Positions 1-11,107 of a stretch of DNA of 64,000 bases are shown here, piece after piece (positions within the stretch are counted from its first letter, which is position 1; each line of letters begins with the position of its first letter). The notes under the pieces were generated by a model. It had not been told where the DNA came from. It saw only the letters and a list, made by a program, of their open reading frames with translations, and did no database searches. The DNA is from an uncultured Anaerolineales bacterium (GTDB taxonomy: Bacteria > Chloroflexota > Anaerolineae > Anaerolineales > UBA6663), in assembly GCA_964480865.1 (NCBI GenBank), contig CAYZRP010000024.1:698-64697 (forward strand). Reading direction: 5' to 3'. The position numbers were made by a program, and so were the translations under genes.

Positions 1-2130
1 ATCGTTATCTGGATGTTGGTAGGGGCGGTGATTGCCTGGGCGATCGAATGGTTCTTCTGGGATCGTCCCACCCGGGCTGCCATGACTCGCCAGTTTGAAC
101 AGGACCTCACGGCTTCGCGAAACGAAACCGAAAAACTGCGCGTGGATCTGCGTGACTCGCGTGATCGTTCGGCTCAACTCGAGCGCGAGGTCGGCGACGT
201 GCGGGCCGTCCTCAAAGCCGAAGCCGACGTCCGCGCGACGGCGGAAGCCAAGCTGCTCGCCAGCGACAAGAAATCCGTCGACCTGACAGCCGAGCTTGCG
301 CGCACCCGCTCCGAACTACAAACCGCGACGACGCGGGCGGCCATCATCCCCACGATCGAGCAATCGATGAGCGAGTGGGAGCAGAAGCATCGCGGCGAGG
401 CTGAGGCGCGCGCCGCGGCCGACGAGAAAAGCCTTGCCCTTTCGGCTGAGCTGGAGGCTTTGCGCGCCGAGCTCGCGCAGGCCACGCAGCAGGCGGCCCT
501 TGTGCCGAACCTGCAGGCGAGCGCGCTCGATTGGGAGGCCCGTTACCGCCAGGAACTGTCGAGCCGCGAGCAGGCCGAGGCCAAGACCGGCGAGGTTCAT
601 CTGCTGCTCGATCGATCTCGCGCCCAGATCGGCGATTGGGAAGCCCGCTTCAAGGCCGAGGCCAACGCCCGCGCGGCCGCCGAGGCTCGCGCCGGAAGCC
701 TGAGCCTCGAACTCGATCAACTGCGCAGCCAGACCGACGCGCTGCTCAAACAGCAGCAAGACGCCTTCTCCGCCGCCGATCAACAGGCCGGTGGGTTGAG
801 CACCGAGATCGACAAGCTGCGCGCGCAACTCGAGGCGCAGCTTCTGCAGTTCGAGGAGGAAACCGCGGCGCGACGTCAGGCCGAGGCCGAACTCGAGACG
901 ACCCGTGGCGAGCTGACGACCGTGCACGAGCGCGTCGCCGTGATCCCGACGCTGCAGGCCAGTGCCACCGACTGGGAGTCGAAGTACACGGCCGAAATCG
1001 CGAACCGCACGCGCTACCAGCAGGAGATCCAGTACTACGAGACGGAGCTGGCTCAACGCGGTGATCGCCTGAACGCCCTCGACGCCCAACACCGCCAGGC
1101 GCTCAGCGCCCAGGCCGCCGCCGAACAGCGGGCGGCCGAGTTGTCGACACAGGTGGAAGGCCTGCAGATTCAACTCAGCGAAGGCCAGGCCGGCGCCGAA
1201 ACGAGCCAGAAGGTTCGCGCAGAACTTGAACAGGAACGTGAGGCTTTGCGCGTGCAGGTCGGGTCATTGGAAGAGAAGGTATCGAGCGAGGCTACGTCTC
1301 GCGCATCCCTCGAGCAGCGCCTGCTTGCGCTCGAGCACGAGCGTGATGAGTTGCGCGCCCTGATCGAGGCTTCGAAGAGCCAGTTGGCGAGCGAGGCGAC
1401 GGCCCGCACCGCGGCCGATCAGCAGGCGGATAGTCTGCGCTCGGAGCTCGACAGGCTGCGGCTCGAGGTCGGCGGTCTTCACAACCGCGTCACCATGATC
1501 CCCACCCTCGAGAGCAATGTCTCTTCGTGGGAGCAGCGCTACCAGACCGAAGCTCAGCTGCGCACCCAACTCGACGGCACCGTGCGTGAGCGTGATACCG
1601 AGATCTCGACGCTGCGCGAGAGGATCGCGACGCTCGAGGCCGAGCACTCGACCCGCACCGCGGCGTTGCAGAGCCAACTCGAGTTGTTTGGCACACAGAC
1701 GAGAGCCGACAATCTTGAAGTCATCAATGGCATCGGCAAGGTCTTCGCACGCAAGCTCAACGACGCCGGCGTGATGACGTTCGACGATCTCGCGCGGATG
1801 CCCATCGAGCGGATCCGCGAGATCATCCAGCCGAAGGCGTGGCAGAAGATCGAGCCCGAGGCATGGGTCGCTGAAGCGGCGACACGGGCTGGCGGCAACC
1901 TGCGGGCTCCGGTGGCGGCGCCCATGCGGGTCGACAACCTGGAAGACATCAACGGCATCGGCGTGGTCTTCGCCGCCAGGCTCAACGCGGCCGGCATTGT
2001 GAACTTCGAGCAACTGGCCGCCCTGTCGCCGGAGCGCATCCGCGACATCCTCAATCCCGAAGAGTGGCAGAAGATCGAGCCTGAAGCCTGGGTCTCCGAA
2101 GCCGCCGAGTTCGCCCGTCGTGGGCAGTAA
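1..2130 (+). CDS. Membrane-anchored coiled-coil protein with two C-terminal helix-hairpin-helix modules (5' end probably outside window)
   Basis: ORF 13..2130, and the frame stays open back to nt 1. Hydrophobic N-terminus (LVGAVIAWAIEWFFW). Long Ala/Glu/Arg/Gln-rich region with about 5 copies of an (I/V)P(T/N)(I/L)..S...WE.(K/R)(H/Y/F) module. Duplicated C-terminal unit DNLE.INGIG.VFA..LN.AG..(T/N)F..LA...ERIR.I..P..WQKIEPEAWV.EAA (HhH-like). Confidence 0.75.
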   Translation: MVIWMLVGAVIAWAIEWFFWDRPTRAAMTRQFEQDLTASRNETEKLRVDLRDSRDRSAQLEREVGDVRAVLKAEADVRATAEAKLLASDKKSVDLTAELARTRSELQTATTRAAIIPTIEQSMSEWEQKHRGEAEARAAADEKSLALSAELEALRAELAQATQQAALVPNLQASALDWEARYRQELSSREQAEAKTGEVHLLLDRSRAQIGDWEARFKAEANARAAAEARAGSLSLELDQLRSQTDALLKQQQDAFSAADQQAGGLSTEIDKLRAQLEAQLLQFEEETAARRQAEAELETTRGELTTVHERVAVIPTLQASATDWESKYTAEIANRTRYQQEIQYYETELAQRGDRLNALDAQHRQALSAQAAAEQRAAELSTQVEGLQIQLSEGQAGAETSQKVRAELEQEREALRVQVGSLEEKVSSEATSRASLEQRLLALEHERDELRALIEASKSQLASEATARTAADQQADSLRSELDRLRLEVGGLHNRVTMIPTLESNVSSWEQRYQTEAQLRTQLDGTVRERDTEISTLRERIATLEAEHSTRTAALQSQLELFGTQTRADNLEVINGIGKVFARKLNDAGVMTFDDLARMPIERIREIIQPKAWQKIEPEAWVAEAATRAGGNLRAPVAAPMRVDNLEDINGIGVVFAARLNAAGIVNFEQLAALSPERIRDILNPEEWQKIEPEAWVSEAAEFARRGQ

Positions 2131-2141
2131 GGCGGTTCGAT

Positions 2142-3734
2142 ATGGCCGACCAACGTCGCACGAAGCGAACCACCCCCTTGAGTGGCGGTGGACGTCTCAC
2201 CAGGGAAGAGTGGCGCCGGTTCGACATCAGCAAGGCCTGGGTCTGGATCGGCCTGATCGTCCTGGCCATCATCCTGTTGCTCCTGCGCGGCTGCAACCCC
2301 CAGGTCGCCGGCACCGTTTCGACTCCGACAGCCGCGGCTGTGGCCACCGAGATCAAGCCGACTGACGTCGCGCCTACCGCGGTCGCGCCGACTGACGTCG
2401 CGCCGACTGATGTCGCTGCCCTCACGGCAACGACTGCGGCGCCCACGAACACGCCTGTGCCGGACGAGCCGCCGTCGGTCGATCCGCAGGATGGCGTGAT
2501 CCCGGGCGGGACCGTCGCGTTCGGTGGGACGGCCGCGCCAGGCGCCGAGGTCGACGTGCAGGTCGACGGCGTCTCGGTCGGCAAGGCGAAAGCCGACGCT
2601 CAGGGCCGTTGGACGCTGGACGTCGAACTCAAGGCTGGCGACCATGAGGTCGTGGTGGTCGGGCCGGATGGCTCCGCGAGCAAGCCCGAAAACTTCCAGA
2701 TTGGTTCGGGGGCTGTGCCGGATCCGGTCACGGTCAGCGAGCCCGCCGCGGGCGCTTCCGTTGCGCCTGGGCCGTTGACTTTGTCGGGCACCGCTGGCCC
2801 CGCAGCGGATCTCGTCGTGCTGGTGGATGGCAAAGAAGTCGGGCGCATTCAGGCGGACGCGCAAGGCGCATGGACGACTGACATCGATCTGCCTGAAGGC
2901 GCTCACAGCATTGTGGTCGCGCCGGCGTCGATGGACGGCACCGTGTTCAATGAAGCGGCCAGCGCCCCGCTTGATGTGACAGCTGAAGCACAGGGCGTCG
3001 CGCCGACGTTCACCGAACCCGAATCTCCCAACGGACTCGCGGTTGGTCCCGTGATCTTCCGCGGGACGGCCGCCCCCGGCTCGACAATCACGTTGAGCAT
3101 CGATGGCAAGGACGTGCGCACCGTCACGGCTGAAGACGATGGCTCCTGGTCGGCCCAGATCGATGTGCCGTCTGGAGACCATGACGTAGTGGCCACATCG
3201 GTTCAGCCCGACGGGCTCGAGGCCACGTCTGAGGCTTACGCGATCTCGGCGACGGCTGTCAAACCGACGATCACGTCGCCGATTGCGGGCAATGTCACGT
3301 CCGGCAACGTCGTGTTGCGTGGCACGGCTTCGCCGGGGCAGGATGTCGAGATCGTGGTTGATGGCACTGTCGTCGGCACGACGACGGCTGACGCGCGCGG
3401 CAACTGGTTCCTGTCGACGCCGCTGACGGCCGGGGCGCGCAGCGTGGTCGCGCGTTACGCAGGCTCGACGGCCGCCGGTGACTCGTCAGACGCTGTCGCA
3501 TACACCGTGCAGCAGCGCCGCGCTGGCGGGCAGTGCCGCAATACCACGCCGATCCCGGCCGAGGTCTCACGCTACACGGTCGAGGTCAACGACACCCTGT
3601 ACTGCATCTCGCAGCGCTCGGGCCTGTCGATCGCGGCGATCAAGCGCGACAACCCGTTCATCACCGACGAGAACCTGATCCTGCCGGGGCAGATCCTGAC
3701 GCTTCGCGAACATACGCCGCCGGCGGCGAAATAA
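2142..3734 (+). CDS. Membrane-anchored protein with about 5 bacterial Ig-like repeats and a C-terminal LysM domain
   Basis: N-terminal TM helix (WVWIGLIVLAIILLLL) and a PTDVA-type linker. Repeats of the form GTAAPG..V.V.VDG..VG...AD..G.W. C-terminal YTVEVNDTLYCISQRSGLSIAAIKRDNPFITDENLILPGQILTL matches the LysM consensus. Confidence 0.8.
   Translation: MADQRRTKRTTPLSGGGRLTREEWRRFDISKAWVWIGLIVLAIILLLLRGCNPQVAGTVSTPTAAAVATEIKPTDVAPTAVAPTDVAPTDVAALTATTAAPTNTPVPDEPPSVDPQDGVIPGGTVAFGGTAAPGAEVDVQVDGVSVGKAKADAQGRWTLDVELKAGDHEVVVVGPDGSASKPENFQIGSGAVPDPVTVSEPAAGASVAPGPLTLSGTAGPAADLVVLVDGKEVGRIQADAQGAWTTDIDLPEGAHSIVVAPASMDGTVFNEAASAPLDVTAEAQGVAPTFTEPESPNGLAVGPVIFRGTAAPGSTITLSIDGKDVRTVTAEDDGSWSAQIDVPSGDHDVVATSVQPDGLEATSEAYAISATAVKPTITSPIAGNVTSGNVVLRGTASPGQDVEIVVDGTVVGTTTADARGNWFLSTPLTAGARSVVARYAGSTAAGDSSDAVAYTVQQRRAGGQCRNTTPIPAEVSRYTVEVNDTLYCISQRSGLSIAAIKRDNPFITDENLILPGQILTLREHTPPAAK
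2358..2417 (+). repeat. 15-nt in-frame tandem repeat x4 (ccgactgacgtcgcg-like) encoding PTDVA/PTAVA linker
   Basis: Read directly: ccgactgacgtcgcg / cctaccgcggtcgcg / ccgactgacgtcgcg / ccgactgatgtcgct. Confidence 0.9.
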
Positions 3735-3789
3735 CAAGAGATCGGGGCACTCCCGACTTCTTTCCTCTGATCTCCTGTAGAATCCCGGC

Positions 3790-4476
3790 ATGTCCACCCC
3801 CTCCGATCAAGTCCAGGACGTTCTGCGAGACGCGTTGGCGCTCATCTCCCTCGGCAAGAAGATCGAGGCCGTCAAACTGCTGCAAAAGCGTTTCGGTCTC
3901 GGCCTCAAAGAGGCCAAGGAGATGGCCGACGGGCTCGAGCGTGGCAAGTCGACCGAATTCCAGGTCACTTTCCAGCCCACGATCGCGCTCACGAACGACC
4001 GTGAATCTGACGTGCGTCGACTTTTGACCGAAGGCAAAAAAATCGAAGCCATCAAGCTCATTCGCGAGATGACAGGCCTTGGCTTGAAGGAGGCCAAGGA
4101 CGCTGCCGAAGCCATGGAGGCCGGCCAGCCGTTCACGTTGCCCCAACGTCCTTCCCCTGCGTCGTCAGCCGAGCCGCTGGCCGAGACGGATTCCTGGATC
4201 GAGATCGATCGGTTGATGCGGTCGGGCAACAAGATCGGGGCCATCAAGCGCCACCGCGAGGCGTTCGGCACCGGCCTGGCCGAGGCCAAACAGGCCGTCG
4301 AAGTGCGCGCGGCGGGTCAGGCCATTCCACAGGCTCCGCGCCCGCCCCAAACTGAGGAGCCGCAGACCCTGGCGCAGCGATTGGGTATCCCCGGCGTCGT
4401 TGTAGGATTGGTCGGCGTGCTGATTGTCGTGACGATGTGCGCGCTGCTGTCGTATGCAGTCTGGAACGCCCTGTAG
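3790..4476 (+). CDS. Protein with three ribosomal L7/L12 C-terminal-domain-like modules and a C-terminal TM anchor
   Basis: Three repeats: [87 protein letters not shown]. They resemble the E. coli RplL segment [25 protein letters not shown]. C-terminal hydrophobic helix [27 protein letters not shown]. Confidence 0.7.
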   Translation: [228 protein letters not shown]

Positions 4477-4607
4477 GCGTCATTGGCTCAGGGGCGAGGA
4501 TAGCGCACACCAACGAGATATCGCGCCCTCTGCGCCTGGCTTTGACGCAGAAGTCTGTCGTAGACTCAGGTGATCGGTTCCCCGGGCGCGAGGTGCGTCG
4601 AGGAGGG

Positions 4608-5888
4608 ATGATGTCGCGGTCCCGCTGGTTCGGCCTGGCGAGCCTAACGATCTCGCTCGTTGTCTTTGCGCTCTGGCTTCAACCGATCGCCTCCGCCGAT
4701 GTCACCCGATCTGTCAAAAGACCCCAACCAGAGAGTGCAGCGGATGCCACGACGGCGCGCCGGGTGGCCTATGCGGATCTCGATTACCTTGGCGCCTTTC
4801 GGGCGCCCGAGGGTGACAATGTCGGCTGTAACTACGGCAACGGCGAGCACTGCTTTACTTACGGCGGACTCTTCGGCATCGGCCGGACGGGCGCCAGCCT
4901 GTACCTGCGCGGCCATGCCTGGGCCGGCGGCGTCGGCGAGGTCAGCGTCCCGGCGTCGCTGACCTTGAGTTCCACGGCCACCGTCCTGCAGGATATCCAC
5001 GACGTGGCCGACGGCGCCGAGGTCGACCCCGGCGAGGTCAACGGCCAGGGCCCGTTCGCGGGCCTTGTTTATGGTGGGCGTCTGATCGTCTCCGGCTCGA
5101 CCTACTACGATGCCGACGGCACGCAGGCCCTCACCCACGGCGTCTCGGGCCTCGATCTCTCGCTCCCCAACGACTTCGACGGCTGGTATCGCTTCAGCCC
5201 CGCGCTGGCCGCCAACCCGCGTTCGATCGGCGGCTACATGACGCCCATTCCGCTCGAGTGGCAGGCCCTGCTCGGCGGCACGGCCCTCACGGGCAACTGC
5301 TGCCTGTCGATCATCAGCAACAGCTCGGCCGGGCCGTCAGCCACGGTGTTCGATCCGGCGTCAGTCGGCGTGACGGATCCGCTCACCGGCACCACGGTGT
5401 TGCATTACCCGCTGGCCCATCCGCTCGAGCCCGAGACCACACAGAACGAGTACTTCAACCTGGCGACCCAGATCGAAGGCGTCGCGTTCCCGCCGGGCAC
5501 GCGCAGCGTCCTGTTCGTCGGCCGGCAGGGCACCGGCCCTTACTGCTACGGCGACGGCGCACCCTGCGGCGATGTCTGCGACGGATCGAAGGGCACGCAT
5601 GCCTATCCGTACCGCCACCAGATCTGGGCCTACGACGCGAATGATCTGCTGGCTGCCCGCTCTGGCGCGACCGCGGTATGGGCGATCCGGCCGTACGCGA
5701 TCTGGACCCTGACGGAGATGGATTCGGCGGGCTGCGCAGACATCTCAGGCGCGGCCTATGACCCGACCTCGGGCCGGCTGTACATCGCGGCCGGCTATGG
5801 CGATGAGCCGATCATCCACGTCTACGCGATCGCGGGCACTGCGACGCCGCTGGATCATCGTCTGACATTGCCGTCGCTGGCGCGCTGA
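4608..5888 (+). CDS. Secreted hypothetical protein (signal peptide)
   Basis: Start moved to the ATG at 4608, preceded by aggaggg. N-terminus MMSRSRWFGLASLTISLVVFALWLQPIASA looks like a signal peptide. No family recognised. Confidence 0.6.
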   Translation: MMSRSRWFGLASLTISLVVFALWLQPIASADVTRSVKRPQPESAADATTARRVAYADLDYLGAFRAPEGDNVGCNYGNGEHCFTYGGLFGIGRTGASLYLRGHAWAGGVGEVSVPASLTLSSTATVLQDIHDVADGAEVDPGEVNGQGPFAGLVYGGRLIVSGSTYYDADGTQALTHGVSGLDLSLPNDFDGWYRFSPALAANPRSIGGYMTPIPLEWQALLGGTALTGNCCLSIISNSSAGPSATVFDPASVGVTDPLTGTTVLHYPLAHPLEPETTQNEYFNLATQIEGVAFPPGTRSVLFVGRQGTGPYCYGDGAPCGDVCDGSKGTHAYPYRHQIWAYDANDLLAARSGATAVWAIRPYAIWTLTEMDSAGCADISGAAYDPTSGRLYIAAGYGDEPIIHVYAIAGTATPLDHRLTLPSLAR

Positions 5889-5951
5889 TCGGCATCAACG
5901 CGTCAGGGCCGCGCGTTGGCGGCCCTGACGAGGTTCGTGCAGAGCGAGGGC

Positions 5952-6962
5952 TCAGTTTGTAGACGTGACCGACAGATAGACCATCGTCTGATTCAGCAGC
6001 TGGTAAGCCACCTCGCCGAACGTGATCGGCCCTGTGAAGTGGCCGGTTTGCTTGCCCTCGAGCTTGGAGAACAAATAGTTGAGGATGCAGTTGCACGAGA
6101 ACGCGACAACGCCGTGGTCGGCTGTGGCGAGCGCTTCATTGAACTCGGCGACGTAATCGCTGACGGGTCGCGCCTGTCGGTACGACACACCCGAAAACAC
6201 GGGAGCGTAGAAGTTGACCCGACCGGTAGCTTCATCGACGCCCTGGAAGCTGATGTTGATCATCGCGCCCGCGTAGTCGGCCACCAACGGCAGTTGCAGG
6301 TTCAGGTCGCGCTCCTTGATGTAAGCGGCGAAGTTGCGACGCTCGCCGTTGACGAACACATCCCCGGCACTGAAGCCCGTCTCCGGAAATTCGAGGACGT
6401 CGCCCGGGCCCTGGCCGAACAGGTTGATGATGCCGATCTCGGCCACCTGATGATCGCGCAGTTGGACGTGCATCACGACCGCCGCGTTTTCCAGACACGC
6501 GCCGTTTCGTCCGTCGAACACCTTCGGCGTGACCTTCCCGAGATCTGCCAGATCGACACCCGAGATCCAGCCGATCAGCGGCCGCATGGCGAAGCCGTCG
6601 TATTCGGGCGCATGGACCGCGAACTCAAGATGCGCTGGGCTTGATGCCGGCAGGATCACGACTCCAAAGCCGTTCTCCGGGATGTCTGTGTAGAGGTTCG
6701 CGAGGTTGGCGGGGGCGTAGGTCTGGATCTCGACGCCGGCGATATCGGCGGGCAGTTCGGTCACGAACACGCCGTCATGCGAGAAGGTGCCGCCGCTGGC
6801 GGCCATGAAGTACGGGATCGTTCCACCGATCCATTGGCCCGTCGGCAGTTGAGACAGCAGGCGTTCGTCACCGGCCACCAGGAGCCGCCGGCCGTTGGCG
6901 ATCAGGTCCCTGGCTTCCTCAAGTGAAAGCAATGCCTGGGTGGAGAGGGTGGCGTCGGTCAT
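5952..6962 (-). CDS. FIST/NosP-like sensory-domain protein (stand-alone)
   Basis: Internal start MTDATL at 6962 (ATGA overlap with the upstream small ORF). C-terminal AFSCNCILNYL...GPITFGEVAYQLLNQTMVYLSV resembles the FIST_C end motif (C..R..., GEI, HNQT). Assigned from memory only. Confidence 0.5.
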   Translation of the reverse strand: MTDATLSTQALLSLEEARDLIANGRRLLVAGDERLLSQLPTGQWIGGTIPYFMAASGGTFSHDGVFVTELPADIAGVEIQTYAPANLANLYTDIPENGFGVVILPASSPAHLEFAVHAPEYDGFAMRPLIGWISGVDLADLGKVTPKVFDGRNGACLENAAVVMHVQLRDHQVAEIGIINLFGQGPGDVLEFPETGFSAGDVFVNGERRNFAAYIKERDLNLQLPLVADYAGAMINISFQGVDEATGRVNFYAPVFSGVSYRQARPVSDYVAEFNEALATADHGVVAFSCNCILNYLFSKLEGKQTGHFTGPITFGEVAYQLLNQTMVYLSVTSTN

Positions 6963-7204
6963 GATCGGCTCCCGAAGAGCGCCGCAACGTCTTTTTGGAC
7001 GGACGGCAGAGTCTGATTCTTTTCGAGTAGTTCGCGAAACTGCTGAACAGCCTGGAGCATGGATGCTTCCGTATTGGCGGCCTTGAGGTTGACCTCGGTG
7101 CGGCCCAGGAAGATCTTCAGTGCCAGGAAGTTGAGGGCGGGTCGTGACGTGCCGTCGAGCAGGTACGATCGCCAACGCGGATCGGAGGAAGCGGGTAAAG
7201 TCAT
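6959..7204 (-). CDS. Small hypothetical protein (81 aa), translationally coupled to the FIST-like gene
   Basis: Start MTLPASSDPRW at 7204, preceded by ggagg. Its stop overlaps the downstream ATG (ATGA). No family recognised. Confidence 0.45.
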   Translation of the reverse strand: MTLPASSDPRWRSYLLDGTSRPALNFLALKIFLGRTEVNLKAANTEASMLQAVQQFRELLEKNQTLPSVQKDVAALFGSRS

Positions 7205-7582
7205 GGTTGACCTCCAGTTCGGCGAAAAGGCAATTGCGCTCAGTATGGACAAATCGAACCGGATTCCCATAAGTTCGCAGTGAATCCTCTTCGGTAATCT
7301 GTAGATTCATGCAGTTTTGGGTGGCGCTGCACCTCTGGCGCAACAGGTGGGACTGTCCAGGGATTAACGGCCGAAAAAATGCCACAACATCACGAAAGGT
7401 ATAAGCGCCTGCTGCCAGCGGCTCGCTCAAGCCGGCCCATGACTCGAGCCTTTGGAGGATTCTGAAAATCCGAACACTCGCTTCGCGCTTTCGGGATTGT
7501 TGATGGCAATCCCGGTCGTTATAATCCCGATCACGATATCAAGCTGAAACGGCCTGTTCGTTTCGCCTGTCAAGGAGTTCGC

Positions 7583-10336
<2,754 letters not shown>

Positions 10337-10357
10337 GGCGTCGGGCGTCGGGCGTCA
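10337..10357. repeat. Heptamer tandem GGCGTCG x3 immediately after the acnA stop
   Basis: ggcgtcg ggcgtcg ggcgtca, read directly. Confidence 0.85.
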
Positions 10358-10371
10358 GATGAGTCAGCGCA

Positions 10372-10410
10372 CAAGGGTCTTCCAACTCGGAAGGCCCTTG
10401 TTGTCGTTTT
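10372..10410 (+). terminator. Rho-independent terminator of acnA
   Basis: caagggtcttcc-aactc-ggaaggcccttg (one mismatch) followed by ttgtcgtttt. Confidence 0.7.
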
Positions 10411-10494
10411 GCGCAAGCGCCATCCTCGTGATTGATCGAGCCCCTTGACAGGGACGCCATACAAATCGACACTCATCGCCTGACGCCTTCCACC

Positions 10495-11076
10495 ATGCCG
10501 AACCCACTCAACGTCGTCCTCCTTGGCGCGCCATCGACCGGCAAGACCACGCTCGCCGAGCGCCTCGCAGCCGAGCACAATACCCTGTGGATGCCCGAAT
10601 ACGGTCGCGAGTATTGGGACATCCATCAGGTCGATCGACGCCTGACGCTCGAGCAGTTGGTCGAGATCGCTGAAGGTCATCTCGAACGCGAAGTCCAATT
10701 GCTCCAGCGCGTCTCGTGCTTTCTCTTCACCGACACCAACGCCCTGACGACCCGGCTCTTCTCCCTCTACTACCACAGCGCGGTTCATCCGCGCCTCGAG
10801 GAACTCGCCCGGCTCGCCGAACGCCGCTACGACGTCGTCCTGGTCTGCGACGCCGATATCCCCTACGACGACACCTGGGACCGCTCGGGCGACGTCCAAC
10901 GCCACGACTTTCAGGGCTGGGTCCTTGCCGATCTCGATGCGCGGCACATCTCGTATCACCTGCTTCGTGGCGATGTCGAGACACGCGTGCGGCAGGCCAA
11001 CCAGATACTTGTGAGCGGTCAGCTGTCAGCAATCAGCCCACGCTGCCGCGCAGAGAGCCAAAAAGCTGATCGCTGA
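10495..11076 (+). CDS. NadR-type AAA kinase (nicotinamide riboside kinase-like), single domain
   Basis: P-loop VVLLGAPSTGKTTLAERLA, then WMPEYGREYW and FTDTNALTT. Sits directly upstream of pnuC. Start moved to the ATG at 10495. Confidence 0.75.
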   Translation: MPNPLNVVLLGAPSTGKTTLAERLAAEHNTLWMPEYGREYWDIHQVDRRLTLEQLVEIAEGHLEREVQLLQRVSCFLFTDTNALTTRLFSLYYHSAVHPRLEELARLAERRYDVVLVCDADIPYDDTWDRSGDVQRHDFQGWVLADLDARHISYHLLRGDVETRVRQANQILVSGQLSAISPRCRAESQKADR

Positions 11077-11107
11077 CAACTGATCGCTGACCGCTAACCG
11101 CTTTCCC

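Noticed and set aside
1554-3182. Very long antisense ORFs opposite well-supported genes: 1554..3182(-), 15445..16893(-), 26512..27894(-), 29057..30181(-), 30908..32011(+), 36719..38008(-), 41000..42268(+), 48171..49433(+), 54929..56092(+), 62541..63626(+).
   Set aside because: All are Arg/Ala/Gly/Pro/His-rich with no recognisable motifs and lie opposite ORFs carrying clear family signatures. Long stop-free antisense frames are expected in GC-rich DNA.
5952-7430. The single 492-aa ORF as listed.
   Set aside because: The N-terminal 156 aa are low-quality sequence in the same frame as the FIST-like gene. A separate, RBS-preceded 81-aa ORF in another frame overlaps its start with ATGA, so the two-gene model fits better.
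7493-7528. acnA promoter/operator call (gggatt-N9-aatccc inverted repeat next to TATAAT at 7520).
   Set aside because: The -35 element is poor at any sensible spacing and the inverted repeat is short. It is too weak to report as a feature.
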